Notes: generated from the sequence alone by a model not told the origin. Shown: positions 35,940 through 50,853, counted from the first letter of the whole stretch. The stretch is DNA of 62,908 nucleotides, filler included, from Bigelowiella natans CCMP2755 (GCA_000320545.1; 8 parts of 8 records of this genome joined end to end with filler, not necessarily neighbours in it); one strand, 5' to 3'. Made by a program: numbers and translations.

Positions 35940-36350
35940 GCTGCTGGGTGTAAACCATGCCCCACATTTCATTTCCCTACTAGTAAAACGGCAGCAGTAG
36001 CAAAAATTGCGAAAATGCGCAATGCAACATGAAAATTTGCCTACACTGACGACCTCCCGCTGAACTGCATTGCTAGAATGACATAGTGCAAATCATAGGC
36101 ACATCACATGTCTTTGTTCATTGTGAAAACAATCTTTGTTGAAAATGACACAGCAAAAATTCACAGCAGAGCATCGCGTCATTGCCCATATTGCTCAATT
36201 TGTTAGCAATGCAAGATCCATCCTGAACCATTCTCCAACATGACCACAGCGCAGAGTATGCAAATTTTCATGTTGCGCATTTTCACAATGCTTTGCTACT
36301 GATTGCAGTTGTGAAATGAATAAATGTGGGGCATGGTTCATGCCCACAGC
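35940..36350. mobile_element. MITE-like element / long imperfect inverted repeat
   Basis: Left arm about 35940-36050 (AACCATGCCCCACATTT...CAGTAGCAAA...AAAATGCGCAA...GCAACATGAAAATTTGC) mirrors right arm about 36250-36350 (GCAAATTTTCATGTTGC, TTGCGCATTTT, TTTGCTACTG, AAATGTGGGGCATGGTT) around a spacer of about 200 bp. No ORF, and no clear target-site duplication seen. Confidence 0.55.
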
Positions 36351-36987
36351 ATGTGATAATCGACTTGCAGGTTTTTGTCTAGTTTGATTGCACGTTAGAC
36401 ATACATGGGCCCCTGTGTCGAAACATTCATAGATTTCTCAAGCTTTGCATGCACATCTAGCTAGCTAGACATGTGCGGATGTGTTGATCGGAATAAGTGT
36501 GCGATCGATTTGAATTCTTTCTCATAGACAAATGCAACGTGCATGCAACTGAAGCAATGCGCAGCGCCCGATGCTGCTACATATTGTGTCATTCGATGCA
36601 ACGCACTGCGATCAGGCACTGTGGCGCACATCTACTAGCTAGACGACATGTGCTGCGATCAATGCCTACCTTGCTAGCTCATTGTGCTTGCGCGGTACGA
36701 TGATGCAATGAAACAGAAACATGAGGCCATAGTAGTGTGGCAATGCAACACGCTCAGCGGCCAGTCATCATCATAACCAAACGCAACAATGTTCCCCAAT
36801 GCATCTAGCCATAGAAGGATCGCATTGTGCCATTATTGACTCGGTTACGTCGATCTAGGCGTGCACACTCCAGGCTGGTGGTTGGGCTTTACACATAGTG
36901 CCCATCGAATAAACGCTATGGATGGAACTCCAACTGCCTCCGCGCCATCTACCATATCGTGGTGGCCATGCATTGCCATCAACTAGA

Positions 36988-38806
36988 TCAGATGACTGCG
37001 CTCGCGCCCTTGTGGTCTGGCGATGGCAGGTTCTTCGACTTCATCACGAAGTCAGTTCGATTATTCGATTGGTTTGCTGCCATCCTTGCCTGCACACATG
37101 ACAATTATCTCAATAATTCTCTCAAGGGAGGAGCCGAACAATAGCTCAATGCACTGCGCTATCACACGAAGGGAAAATGCCTCATACGGCCGAGACAGAA
37201 TGCTAGCTAAGGAGAAGAGAAGCGCATCATTTGAACATTTTCGTCGTTTCCTGTGGGGTGCTAACGTACCCGTGCAGACCTTGATGACACCTTCTTGAAT
37301 CCTGGATACGTTGATCACAAAAGCAAAGGAGAGCAACACATATGTGAATGGATGGACAACTCGTTACCAGGCCGAACATGCACGCTTTGTCCCTCTGCCT
37401 CTCACACTCGCACGCACGTATATAAATGCACACGCACACACACACACACACACGCACACGTGCGCTGGTGTGTTCTCAAAATGCGTAATGTGGGACGATG
37501 GAGCAGCAGGAAGTTGTACCGGAGAAATGAGCCCCCACGTAGCACCTCTTGTAGGCGATGAACGCGATCAAGCCTTCACAAATACCCAAAAAAAACCCGA
37601 AGGTACAACGTAAAATGACGACAGGAGGAAGAGAAAAAAAAAAAAAATCTGATGAGCTGGATAGAAGCAAATGGGAGCAAATCATGCCGAAATGCGTAAA
37701 GATGAATATGGTTTGCTGTGGCAGTATACAAAGCTTAGATCAACAAACCTATTACGCAAAGCACGAAAATAGTAGCAAAGATCGCAGCCTGCAATACAAA
37801 GGCACAAGAAAAAGTGTGGAGAGATAATTAAGAAACCCCCAGACGACTTGGACGGTAGAAAAGCAAATTGCAAACAAAGAAATTCTCTACGTGTGTGAAG
37901 AGGAAAAACACCGGATATATGAGAGACAACCCCGATAATAAATTGAAAGCGACTAGAGCGGAAAAGGAAGAGGGGGTCAGCACTCTAAACTTGCTCTTGA
38001 GCAAGTTTTTAGCGATGCATGGAACCCCCCCGCCCCCCTCTTTCTCCACAGATTCAAGGTGATTTTTCGCAAATTTACTCACCGCTGCGTCCCTCCCTTC
38101 TTTCTCAGAATCATCATCACCCCCTAAGCAGACGAGTCATACAATTGGGAAGAGCGTAAGGAATAGTCGCAACGGCAGGAGGACGAGAATTGAAGCTTCC
38201 CTCCCTCCCTCCCTCCCAACCTTCATACATCAACAAAACGGGCCCTCTTCCCTTCCCACCTGTTCCGCCGCCGCCGCCGCCACTGCCCCCATTATTGTTG
38301 GAACCAAGGATGCCCCTGTCGCTTTGTACATTCCCCGTGATGACGAGGCTGTAGTTCTATAGGCCACAGAGGACGATAGCAGGAGCAAGAGGTCCGTTGA
38401 TCATCGAGATATTGACAAAATGGGGGTTTATAGGGCGCCGCATACGCAAAAGCACATTCCACACACGGGGGCGCAGGATTCACCCCCCCGCCCCCCCAGG
38501 AATCCTTTCGTTTTGGTTTAGTAGGACCTGAGTGGTGGAGGCCACAAGAGTTTTCGCCGTTACGGTGACAAGGTAAGGGTCATTTGTTTTGGTGGGAAGA
38601 AACCGCTCAGTGAAAGAATGGGGGAGTGAGTGAGTATGGGAGTAGGCTAAATCGATTGTTGATGGGGCTGCCCCCCCCCCCCGTAAATTCTCTCCTGTTT
38701 CATTCGTGTCCGAGGACTCTTTTCTCACCGTTTGTGAGGGACGTGTTGGCAATGTGGATGCGCTCGACGTTGTTCAGGGTATCGGCTGATGCGGCGCGAC
38801 CGTTTG
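36988..38806 (-). CDS. Possible 3' part of an unidentified multi-exon gene
   Basis: Candidate AG-started exons LDRVHRLQEVLRGGSFLR (about 37520-37575), IQEGVIKVCT (about 37270-37300) and ARMAANQSNNRTDFVMKSKNLPSPDHKGASAVI-stop (about 36988-37089). Confidence 0.25.
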
Positions 38807-39096
38807 NNNNNNNNNNNNNNNNNNNNNNNNNNNNNNNNNNNNNNNNNNNNTTAATTAATTAANNNNNNNNNNNNNNNNNNNNNNNNNNNNNNNNNNNNNN
38901 NNNNNNGGGGTGTACAAAGTGGAGATAAATAAGAAAAATTAGGAATAAAAAAGGGGTGAAGATAGTATATTCCTAGCGTAGAAGTTTAACCGAACAACAC
39001 CTTTGAAAGCTCCAACCCCCCTCCCCTTTTCCTCTTCAATGTGAAGATGTATGATTCTGTGTTAGCGGTTTACCTTTATCGTCCTTTCTGTGTTAG

Positions 39097-39609
39097 ATGT
39101 GCCGTGGATGACTCTTGCAGCCGTCGTTAAGATGCACCCCGTAAGTTTACCGCAGCAGTAGCCGGAGGAGGAAGAGAGGGGGGCGAGGGGACAAGCAGGC
39201 GGCAGCATAGATACAATACATTTATAATATAATAGATATGTATATATATATATATATATATATACTATATATATATATATATACACAAATCCCCCCCCGA
39301 TTTTATTATCGGTACCGTACTCGGTGGAGCGCTTGAGAAAATAATGAAGACAATAGCACAACAACATATACACAGTACTTTTCTTGTTTGGCTCTGCAGC
39401 ATGCTATTATTGCCGCTAACATTACCGTGATCCATCACCCTATTTCTCATATTTTCCTTCCTCCTCCTCCTCCTCCTCCTCCTCCTCTCTATAGCTGATA
39501 ATAAGCATTCAAGAGCTATTCACTGACAAGTTAAAGCAAAACCTCAAGGACTATATGGTCCAGGAGGCGAAGGTGCAACAACAATTATCAGAATCATATA
39601 TGTATATTA

Positions 39610-39647
<38 letters not shown>

Positions 39648-39743
39648 GTGTGTATATTTATTTATTTATATTTATATTGTGAATGAGGCCCACACAGCGC
39701 TTTAGCTGACGTTCATTACCCTATGCTGCTGCTACTTCTACTT

Positions 39744-39777
<34 letters not shown>

Positions 39778-42700
39778 CCTAGGCACTGCCCGTCACTATA
39801 GCAGCATTGCGGACAGAGAAGGAGAGCTCAGTAGCCCGCAGTGAGTATTCCAACGCGCAGAAATTCCACGACGAGATCTTGCGCCTGGAGAAGCAGATGC
39901 GAGACCAAACGAGCGGGGACCGAAAGTTCATCGAGAGCTTCAACTCGTACTGCAGCGACATCGCTCAGTACTTCCAGTTCCTGGTGATTGCCATCCGCAT
40001 CCCGAGAACGCCGGAGTACGAGGATGACGCCATTGACGTGTGCGTGTGGCTCATCCAATTTCTCCGCAAGATCGGGAAGAAAGAGCAGTGCTCGCAGGTG
40101 TACGACATGTTTGTAGAGATGCATCTCCGGTTCCAAAACGGCACGGAGCAGGGCAATGCGCTGTTAGAGTACGCCGACTTTCTGCCCTGGGGCGGGGGGA
40201 AGGAGGAGGAGAAGAAGTTCGGGCTGCTCTACCAGGCACACCAAGTCTTCCAGAAGGAGAACTCCCTCGCGCAATGCGTTCAGGCAATGATGATGATGAT
40301 GATGATGATGATGGTGGTGGTGATGATGATGGAAGTTGGTCCTACTGATCAATCGCCACCACCATGGCTACCATCGGAATTATTGAGGCTGTTTTTGACG
40401 ATAATGCTGATGATGTTTTTTATTCGTTTGTTCGCTCTTTGGTCCCGCTGCAGGTGTGCAAGAGGCTGGCATTTGCGCACGAGATGTATTCTCTCAAGTT
40501 CATGGATGTGAGTTGCCGCACACAAAGACAATATGAAGTAGCATGATATTCTCACCTCCTTTACTTCCTTGCATTCCCCCCCGCTCGCTCCCCAATATAG
40601 GTTGCTCAAATGTTAAGGGATGAGGCCAAGTATTTCGAGACGCTGAGTCAGAAGGACCAGATCTCTGCACGTTTCTACCGTGTGATGTTTGTTGGACGAG
40701 GAATCCCAGCTCATCTTCGGGGGAAGTCATACGTGTAAGTTGCTTCCCAACCCATCATAGATCCCATGATCGATCGGGCCCTGTAGAGGAGGGGGGGAGG
40801 GGGAGGGGGAGGGGGGGGGGGGGGCGTGCGAAAAACAAATTCGAAATATGTGATCTTTCTCGCAATATAACTCTTCTTGGCGACCAACCAACAGTTATCG
40901 CTCTGGAAGTGCAACTCGTTTGGTGTCAGTCGGGGAATTCACGAAACAGATAAAGGACTTTTTCCCAGGAGCGAAGGTAGAGAACCTTTTTTTGGGGGGG
41001 GTGGCGGGGGGGGGCACATTTCATGCGTTCGTAAACGGCGCAGATGTTGCCGTCACGTAGCATAAATGCGGCTCCTAACATACCCATTATCGATCTGTCT
41101 ATTGACCAGTACTTCTCATACTGTGATGAAATTTTATAATGATGATGATGATGATGATGATAATGATGATGATGATGATGATGATGATGAGCTAGTGAAG
41201 CGTTATCATCCGCCTCTGCGTGCCTATAGCATGTTCTGGGGCTTATCAGTAGTAGGAGTAGTACTAGTTGTAGTAGTAAACGTGATATAGTAGTAAGGGC
41301 AGTAGGTATCTCGACTAGCTCTACTGTATTCGTATGCGAAGCACTCTGAAGGCATGATCATCATCGCTGTTTTTCTGTCTTCTTGTATGCTTGAAAAGGT
41401 GATCAACACGACGGAGCCACCTACCCTTAAAGCCGTGCAGACCGCCTTGAAGGAGAACATCAAATGGCATTCGAGGCAGTACCAGGAAGACCTCAAAAAG
41501 AAAGAGAATGTCAGTGCTAGAAAAGAAAATCTAACCGAAAATCAAGAGGGGAGGGGGTGGGAATGGCGCAAGTTATCATTTTTTCAAATCTAAGATTTTC
41601 GTCGTCCTCCTCCTCCTCCTTCCTCCTTCCTCCCCCCATTGTCTCCACTTTCCTCTCTTGGCCATAGCAGCCTACACACACACGCACGACTCCTCTTTGC
41701 CTCATCCATCATCTGTTTCATATTCCCCGTCCTTGTCGTAGGAGCTTGCTTCTGGGGGGGGTGATGCTACCTTGCTGAATGCTAAGGTGGAGAAAATCAA
41801 GAAGGTCCAACTGCATGATGACACTCTACACTCCTCTCTGCGTCTCCTTGTCTTTGCTCTCCTCGCAGTGGTTTTTGGGTTGGCATGCTAAGCACACAGC
41901 AGCAGCACCAACGGCCAATGGTTTCTGCTACGAAGTTGAAAACGACGATGGTCGGTCTTTGCCCCGCCTCGGCGACATTTGGCGTGTGTCGCGGGACAGA
42001 AATCATCGGTGTTTTCGCTTCGATTTCGCGCGTGTTCTTTGTCCCACTCTCCTTTCACGTAAACGATGATTATATTAGGCAATATCTGATCTTGATGCGA
42101 GCTCCAGCTTGGCGAATACGGAGGTTGGGGGTGGGGGAGAAGGGGGAGGAGATGAGAAGAACCAAGAGAAGAAACTCTTCCAGAAAATGTAAGTCCTTTC
42201 TGTGAGCGAATACGTGAGAAATGTGCAGCTTCTGCTGCTGCAGTGCATATGTATGCGCGCAAACGAGAGTCTTTATTGCCAGCAGCATTCCGATATGGTC
42301 CACGAAAATCGATACAAATCTGCTGGTCCCCTCCCAAAAGAAAGAAACCAGTAGATAATACGCTGAGAATCGTCGAGAAAACATACCGATTTTGTACCAC
42401 GGACTTTGAGGAGGAGCGTGATGATAACGAGAATGATGATGATTATGATGATGATGACACTGTTTTCTAAGAAGTACCATGTTATCTTTATATTTTCCCC
42501 CAACCCCCCTCCTCAGCATCACAAGCTCGCAACACCTCAAATTAATCCAAATCACGACGCTAACAGTTTCGAACGCCATGGTGGGAAGGAATCATGCTGG
42601 CGGGGGAAAGAGGAGGGGGGAGGGGGGGGGGGGGGCGGGGGGAGTAGGATAGCAATAAGGCGTTCCTCCGAGATTCATTTCAAGAAAGACGCGTTTAATT

Positions 42701-43454
42701 GATGGTTAAAACAATGGTGATAATAAAACAGGAGCTGCAAGGGAAAACGCATCATCTACGGCACGTGGACGCCACGAAGCGCCATAAGCGCTACCACTAC
42801 GAAAACAACGTCGAGGTGTTCATGTTCACTCGCGTCATAAGACCCACCTCGTCTGCCGTAATTAAGTACTGCAAGGTACACACGGCCGACAATGAAAGGA
42901 GGGGGGGGAGGGGGGGGGCATATTTTTTTAAAACAAAAGTGTCACTCAATTGTATTCAAACGCGCGGGAGCACGTCGTTTCGTTCGCCATTACAATGTTG
43001 CGGTGGGTGGGGGGGAATGGCGCTCTCCTCCTCCTCCTCCTCCTCCCCCTCCTACCAATAATGTGATTACGGTTGGGCGTCTGCTGCTGCTACTGCTGCG
43101 CAGGAGCACAAGTGCGAGGTCCCCCCTCAAGGAGCAAAGCGCAACGAATATCGTGATTTGTGGGTTGAGCGTAACTACGTGAAGGTACAACAGGCCATGC
43201 CTACTGTGCGTCGCCGTGTGCCGGTATTGAACATAACCAAGGCAATATTCACGCCCCTCCGCAATGCCATCGTCACCCTGCGCGACAAGAATGAAGAGGT
43301 CTCCATCGTAAATCAAGTGATGATGATGATGATGATGATGATGAACCTATATGTAGTGAGCATATTTATAATATCCATGCGAACGAAAGCTGGGCGGTGT
43401 ATATCGCTGGGTGTGCCTCTTCTCCCTGATGCTTACACGGTGATGTGGGGATCT

Positions 43455-43496
<42 letters not shown>

Positions 43497-43604
43497 TCCC
43501 CTCCTCCCGTGTGTGGCAGATTAAGTCGGCCATGTTGCAAGCGAGGTCCAGCCATGAGCCAAATGACCTCGTTCCGCTCACTCAAAACTTATCGGTAGTA
43601 GCAC

Positions 43605-43638
<34 letters not shown>

Positions 43639-44129
43639 AGTGATAGTGATAGTGATGATACGCGCCACCGTGCAATTTTTGGCGGTCTCTTTCCATGGCT
43701 TGAGACGGCCATTTTATCCCCCAAAAAAAGGGAAAACAACGAGGCATCTGGCGTTGTTCACTTACGTCACCAATCCCTAGCTGTCGTGTTGCGCAAGCAA
43801 TATCATCAGCGATTTTCCACTCTCTCCTGCGCCTCTTGCTGATGCAAACGGTGTACTTTGGTAATCATTGTTGTCATTATCACTATCATTGTCAGGGCGT
43901 TATCGATGCAGCAGTAGCCGGGGGCATTGCGAACTACATCGAGGCGTTCTTCGATGGATCCTACTTGAAAAGCTTGCCTCAAGAGGTGGTGGGGTGGGGC
44001 GTGGTGTGGTGGATTGAAGGGTTACGTTGCATTACCACTGAAAATACAATGAGGAGGAGTTGTGCACATTTTCAACGCGGGGGGGGGGGGCGATCCTTTC
44101 TGCTGTGTCTTTCGCACCCTCTGAACAGC

Positions 44130-44172
<43 letters not shown>

Positions 44173-44316
44173 ACATCGTCAATACTCCATATCATCGATA
44201 TACATACTAATCGCTGTCGTCGTCTTCTTCGTCATCATTATACGCACAGGACACCGCATTGCAGCGTTTAAGGAGACTCTAGAAGCTCAGTTAGAAATCC
44301 TAAGCAAAGGCTAAAG
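39097..44316 (+). CDS. DOCK-family Rac/Cdc42 GEF, C-terminal part with DHR-2 domain, bounded by gaps
   Basis: VEMHLRFQNGTEQGNALLEYADFLPW, TFYRVMFVGRGIPAHLRGKSYV, HYENNVEVFMFTR, LWVERNYVKVQQAMPTVRRRVPV...TPLRNAIVTLRDKNEE, and GVIDAAVAGGIANYIEAFF (nucleotide-sensor Val motif, exon from 43896). Confidence 0.9.
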
Positions 44317-44502
44317 GTGGGTGATAGTTGTAGTGGTAAGCAGTAGGAAGAGGAGGAGGAGGAGGAGGAGGAGGAGGAGGAGAGGAAGGGTAGGGGGGGG
44401 GGNNNNNNNNNNNNNNNNNNNNNNNNNNNNNNNNNNNNNNNNNNNNTTAATTAATTAANNNNNNNNNNNNNNNNNNNNNNNNNNNNNNNNNNNNNNNNNN
44501 NN

Positions 44503-44523
44503 GAACGCAGAACGATGGCGATT

Positions 44524-44561
<38 letters not shown>

Positions 44562-44839
44562 CGCCCAAAATGACAACAAAACATCATCGTCAAATATGCC
44601 CTTGGATCAAGTCTCGGTGAGTACTCGCAACGACTCATATATGCATCACCTGCTTCAGGAGAAGAGCGTATCGAGGTATACGCTGCACCGGCATTATCAA
44701 ATACGCCATCAGTCCAAGGCCGTTTCCTACCCATGCAACAACAAAGGCAGCAAAGGGTTTGCGTTGCGTTTCTCTCTCGCTGATGCGCGTTAGTCTTTGC
44801 TATTGTGATAGGTGTTAATTATTATTGTTGTTGTCGTCG

Positions 44840-44871
<32 letters not shown>

Positions 44872-44971
44872 ATTGTTTCGTTTTCGCATTTTACCTGACA
44901 TCTTGCACGCATTCTCGAGGAACTTTTGGAATCTGCGTTCAGCCGTAAAACCACACACATTGTGAATGACC

Positions 44972-45047
<76 letters not shown>

Positions 45048-45288
45048 GATAGGAAGATAGAACTAAACAGGGATAATTAAAAGTCGCCTCCCCTCCCCCC
45101 CTTCCCACACACGCATCACCTTGAATTATCCTCGTTCAGTCGAACCACATCTATTGCCTTTCCGTATCCATTCACGTAGCTTGTATAGATCTTGAGCAGA
45201 AGATGCAATCTCGCAAACGGCACATGAATGTCCTCTGCCGACGCTTTCTCGAGATTCTCTAGAAGAACCTGTCATTTTACATAAATTT

Positions 45289-45330
<42 letters not shown>

Positions 45331-45569
45331 GTATACATTCATATTTACGTATATCCATTTTATTTAAAATGTAGCCATCCGGCGTGCTGCGTGTTCTTGC
45401 TTCTTGTGGTCTCCAAGCCTGATCTCGGGACGCAGCATACATAATCATACATGCATACATACAACACGTTTTCTCTGTATTTCGTTCGGTTTAACGACTG
45501 ATGCGCCGCACTTCCCCGTGCAACGCAGCTCAACTATCACACCGGTTAACTATGTATAGAGTCAGGGAC

Positions 45570-45624
<55 letters not shown>

Positions 45625-46070
45625 AACCTGGTGTAAATGAAGTATCTGCTCTATATTGGAAAAAAGCTTGGCGGCCTCCCCAGCCTTCATAACCGACGAA
45701 TTTCTTTTCTCCTTGAGGGGATTGACGAAGTGCGTTACGAGGGTGTCTAGGTTGGCCACGTAAGCCTTTTCTGTCTGCACGATCTCGGCGCACACCCTTT
45801 ATCAGTAAAAGGTGTGGAGGAAGAGGAGGAGGAGGAGGAGGGGGGGGGGGGAAGAGATTAAAAACGATAGGATTGAGTGAGGGCGAGGCGAGACTTGCTT
45901 GTCTCTGTCAAGAGGGAATGTCTGCAGAAGCTGCAGTTTTTCGACTTATTGCTTTATGACGAGGTGGCGACTCCGGAATACGAAAGAGGGTATTTGCTTC
46001 TTTACTTCCCTTCGTCCCGTCCCCACGCACCACTCTGTGAGCCTCTCTCACTCTCTCTCTCTCTGTCTGT

Positions 46071-46112
<42 letters not shown>

Positions 46113-47540
46113 GTGTTTGGTTGTCTTCGGTCCAACTTCTGTCTTATCCTCTCCATTTTCTCGAGGTCGCTCTTGCACTTCAGCACCGCGGCTTCCGAGT
46201 CTCCCTGTGACGCCCGGCTGCGACTGTGCCGTCCGCGGTGGTGGTGGTGGTGATGATGGCCCCCTCCTTGCCTTAGGGGTGGGACTTCATCTCGCTCGTC
46301 CGGATCCGATTTGTCATTTGAAGTCGACGAGTTCTTTCGATCTTGCTGCTGCTCGTTTGGCGGGCATGCCTTCAATGACGAACACGCATACACAAGCAAG
46401 CAAGCACGTTGGTGTCTTCAGGTTCCCAGTCTTATCACCTTCGCATTCCCGTTGGGACGAGCAAATTTTTTCGTATCTGCCTGCCCCTCGCCCCCTCCCC
46501 CAAAACGAAACGGAGATAATAATAGCCCGACCTTTACTGAGCTACTTTCCCTCCGAATACGCGCGGGAGGGGGTGGGGTTCTTGAAGTTTCACTGCATCA
46601 ATGGTACAGCAACGAAAAGTGCATATTTCAGTAACAACTTCGAGAATTCCAAACAAACATCAGAGGCTTGAACGGCAGCACAAAGCACCTCCTATTCACG
46701 CTAGGTCTTTGTCCTCTAGGCACAGGCGGGGGGGTCGCCTTCCCCGCACTACCCTTTCTGGGGGGTGGGGGTGGCACGCTCTGAAAGCACATTAGGAGAA
46801 GCGAGGGAGCGGGAGTCAATGGGGGTTAGATTCGTTCGTTCCCTGCGGAAATAGAATGACTCGCAAATGGTTGATTGCCCTCCATCTATGTACTACTTCC
46901 AAATGACACCAACCTTCGACTGGAGAGCTTGAAGGCTACTCTCCGCATCCGCTTTCTCTCTCTCGAGTTTGCCTATGACCTCTTCCGTCTGATGCGTAGG
47001 ATGGCGGCTCAATTTTGAACAGGCCACGCATGCCGCCACGCGCAAGCTAGGAAAAAACTATTTTCTACGAATCCATGAAACAGTGTGGATCCATCGTGTT
47101 GAAGATTCCTACCTTCTTGAGAAGCTTGAGCAATCGTTCCTTCTCGTCCAGTGCTCCTTGGAGCTTCTGCACGGTATCCTCGAGTTTCTTCCGTGCAAAC
47201 TAGGGGGAACGGGTTTCAAGCAAGTCGTATGGAGAGGGGAGGGGGAAGAATCATATTGATGACGAGCTTCGGCAATGAAGCATCTCAGGACCTCGTGTCT
47301 GTCTACATCGAAACAAACACAGCAAGAAACGTTTATTCGCGCCGCGTACCTCCTCAACAGACAGCATCAGGGCACGTCGGAGACAGTCTGCAGCCTTGCT
47401 CTTCACTCGAGACCGATCTAAGTCGAATCTCTACGTGTCAGAGTTCGTATGGCAGTCGTTGAGAAGTCTGGCCTCGGAGGTTGGGGGGAGGTTTGCAGAG
47501 GCCAGTCGGGGGAAGCAGGCTCTTCCAGATGTAGATCCAT
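44503..47540 (-). CDS. Dbl-homology (DH) RhoGEF with N-terminal coiled coil, 3' end lost in gap
   Basis: EIVQTEKAYVANLDTLVTHFVNPL...LFSNIEQILHLHQ (45630-45797), LKIYTSYVNGYGKAIDVV, FQKFLE and LMAYLIMPVQRIPRYALLLKQ (44650-44726). Upstream coiled-coil exons such as ARKKLEDTVQKLQGALDEKERLLKLLKK. Start at 47540 is tentative. Confidence 0.88.
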
Positions 47541-47873
47541 TGTCGCACAATAAAATTCGACTACATATGATGCAAAATATGAAAATCCCCGCTGGATGGA
47601 AAATAGCCTGTGATTTCCAGATAACGACTTTCCTAAAATCAACGGAAACAACGCCCACACGCCCGAAACGGCCTTCAGTTTTGTACATCTTACACACGCC
47701 CAACTCGATATTTATCCAGTTGTTCCTTGCGAATGCAAGGCATTCTCTTCCGACGACTTAAGGAGGAAATCGAGAAAAATATATACAGTTGAATTTTAAA
47801 TTGCGACATGCTCAATATCGTGTCGCACTAATTAAAACTCTATCTCTTTTCCGGTCAACGGACAGATGGTAAC

Positions 47874-48675
47874 ATGGACGACGGGGAATGTCTCAGGCCC
47901 CTCAATGATGGGGAGCGGCTTCAGCAAAGAGAGCATAACAAAGAGCAGAAGAGAGGGTGATGCTAGCGGGATAAGCCTTGAATCGTGTGTACTGTCATCA
48001 TCATCATCATTATTCTGAGACTGCCTCCGTGAATGTTACTTCCAAACGTGTAACAGGAAGGCTCACGAGACTAAGCCAGCGATCATATCAGTAGCCACCA
48101 TTAAGTGCTCGAGCACCCCGCCAGTCACCCCTCCTTCCCCTCCCGTCACCACCCTCGCACATGGGGTTGAGACAATATTGAAGCTGCAAGAAAGTTTCCT
48201 GGAGGATGCACTCGGCCTCACAGCGACTCGCAGCGGGGGCCGGCCCTCGCCTCCCATCGAGAGCCCCCCGAGCACTCCGGATGAGAGGGAGGGGTGCGGG
48301 CGGCTGCAGGAAGCGGATATCAAAGCCAATCAGCGAACCGAAACACCGTTACCATTACTTATAACGAATGGGAGTTCCGAGCACATCATTGACCTGGTGG
48401 AAGAAGACGACGACGAAGAAGAAGAAGAAAAAGAAGGAAACCTTGACGATGAGGGAGCCTCTGGCGATGGAACATTAGGGCTTGAAGAATCCCCTACTAG
48501 GCCTGCAATTACGATCGATCTTAGCATGACGGAAGAGGAGCAAGATCAAAAGGATAAGATCCAAATCGAGGAACGAACGATGATTCGCTATGTCAGGTGA
48601 GAGTGCTGAAAATACGTCAAGATGCGTTTTCCTCTCTCTCTCTCTCTCTCTCACTCTCTCTCTCTCTCTCTCTCT

Positions 48676-48723
<48 letters not shown>

Positions 48724-49600
48724 CGCGTGTTCGCGCGCGAGCGCACACATGTTTGCCCCTCCCTGTTGGATCTGAAAGAAGGTCGTTTATCGTAACTTAG
48801 GACGGAAACCATCTCCACCTTGAAGAAGCAGCACACACTGCGCCACTGGGAAGATGCGCAATTAAAATGGAAATCGGTCGGAGCATCTGCCTGTCGTAGC
48901 GGCACTGCACTTATTCGTTCTTACAAAATGCCGTTAGCCGTAGCAGTAGTAGTAATAGTCCCCACCCTAATGAACTTCAGCGACCCAAAATGCGGTTGAC
49001 TACTCGATGTATCTTCTTGCAAGTCGCCTTCTATTCCCTTCTTCACCGCTTTCGCATGCATCCGAGTTCGGATGAAGCGCACGCGGGAGTCTTTCACTGG
49101 CGAAACCATCTTGATTGATGATAGTCTTTGGCCTTCACCAATAGGCTCTGGAGAAAAAAGCTGCTAAGATTTCTGCCTCGTACGAAGATCTGCTGCGGTA
49201 CGATGCGAACACGCTCATTATACTGCCAGTAGGAAGAGGGGAAAGGGGGGGAGATCGGTGGTGAAGAATACAGAATTATTTTGATTGGGCCGCTGAGACC
49301 GATTTCACGAAACGGGCCCCCATTCCGATTTGCATGACACGTGTAGTAGTAAATCAGTGTTTTCAACTGCTGTTAGCATTTCATGCGGGCCTGTATTTTG
49401 TGGCGACCTAGAAAGCAATGGTGTGATAATGTGGAGAGCCCCGACCGCCATCGAAATCATCTCGGAGAACCCACGCACGCGTGCGTGTGTGTGTGTGTTT
49501 ACATTAAAAACTGACGGTCATTCATAGATGGGAGCGCGACGAAGTCCTTGCTGCTCGTTCCAAGCTCGAAACGCTTCGGACTGACACCGCAGAGGTAGAA

Positions 49601-49640
<40 letters not shown>

Positions 49641-50683
49641 GGTAGGTTCAGTAGCTTGTTCTTGTTGCCGTCGTCATGACAGGAGGATGAGGAGGGGGGG
49701 AGGGGGAGAGGGAGACCTAGTGAGTCGATATAAAAAATGGCTGCCAATATCGTTTCCGCCAATCTCCCTGCTCTGGAGCAGGGACAGAGCAGAGTGCTAA
49801 CCCCGCTAGCAAAACAAACACAGGTTCATCGTCGGCGGTCTCAGATGCACGATCGTACGAGACAGTGCGTGGCCAAACGAAGAATGGCCGCCAAGACCTG
49901 GGCGCGCAATCTCAACCTTCTGCGAGCGCAACAAGTCATTCATTGCCTGTGCTTTGTTATAGCTGTGGCGATATTTTGAAGCACTAACAATAATGAAGGG
50001 ACACGACTCCGCCGCTAAAGAACGCGAGAACGAATGGCTGCTGCCGCCGGCTAGCTGCTACAGCTGATGTTCTTCCTCGTTTGTGTTGTGATATCCGTAT
50101 CTAATGAGCAGATGGAGAGTGAGATGGAGGTCCAGAGGAGGAGGGAAGAAATGCAGGAACAGCACACCGCGGGGGGGAGTAGGAGCGGTGGTACCTACCC
50201 ATATTTTGGGGATTTTCACCCAGAAATAAACCTCCACTGCCCCCCCCCCCCCCCCCTCGCGCACCAAACCCCTGCACACACGTGTGAAAAAGCTGAAAAC
50301 AAATAAACTGAAAGATTCGAATTTGTTTTGTGGGGACAGAATAAAGAAGCGATTGTCGCGAGAGGAGGATCTCAAAAGGCAAGAGCACATTCTTCTTCTT
50401 CTTCTTCTTCTTCTTCTTTTTCTTCTTTTTCTTCTTCTCAATCTTTCTACACATGAAAGGACGGCACACGCAGCATACAAATTGCAACAGTCATCACGCA
50501 TCTACGCAATAATCGATTTATCATTTAAACGCGCTAGCTCGTGCTGCGTGCGACTTTCGCCGTTTTCACGACCGCTTCTTCGCTGACACAGGGCTCGCAA
50601 AGAGGAGATAATTGCCCTCAAAACCAAATTGGAGACAGAGGTAAGGGAATGCACGGATACTATATTCGATGTAGTTGCTTCTG

Positions 50684-50724
<41 letters not shown>

Positions 50725-50803
50725 GTGCGTGTGTGCATGTGTGCGTATGATGGAATGTGAATTACAAAGACACCATCATTAGCGCGTCGCCATTTAATCC
50801 AAC

Positions 50804-50853
<50 letters not shown>

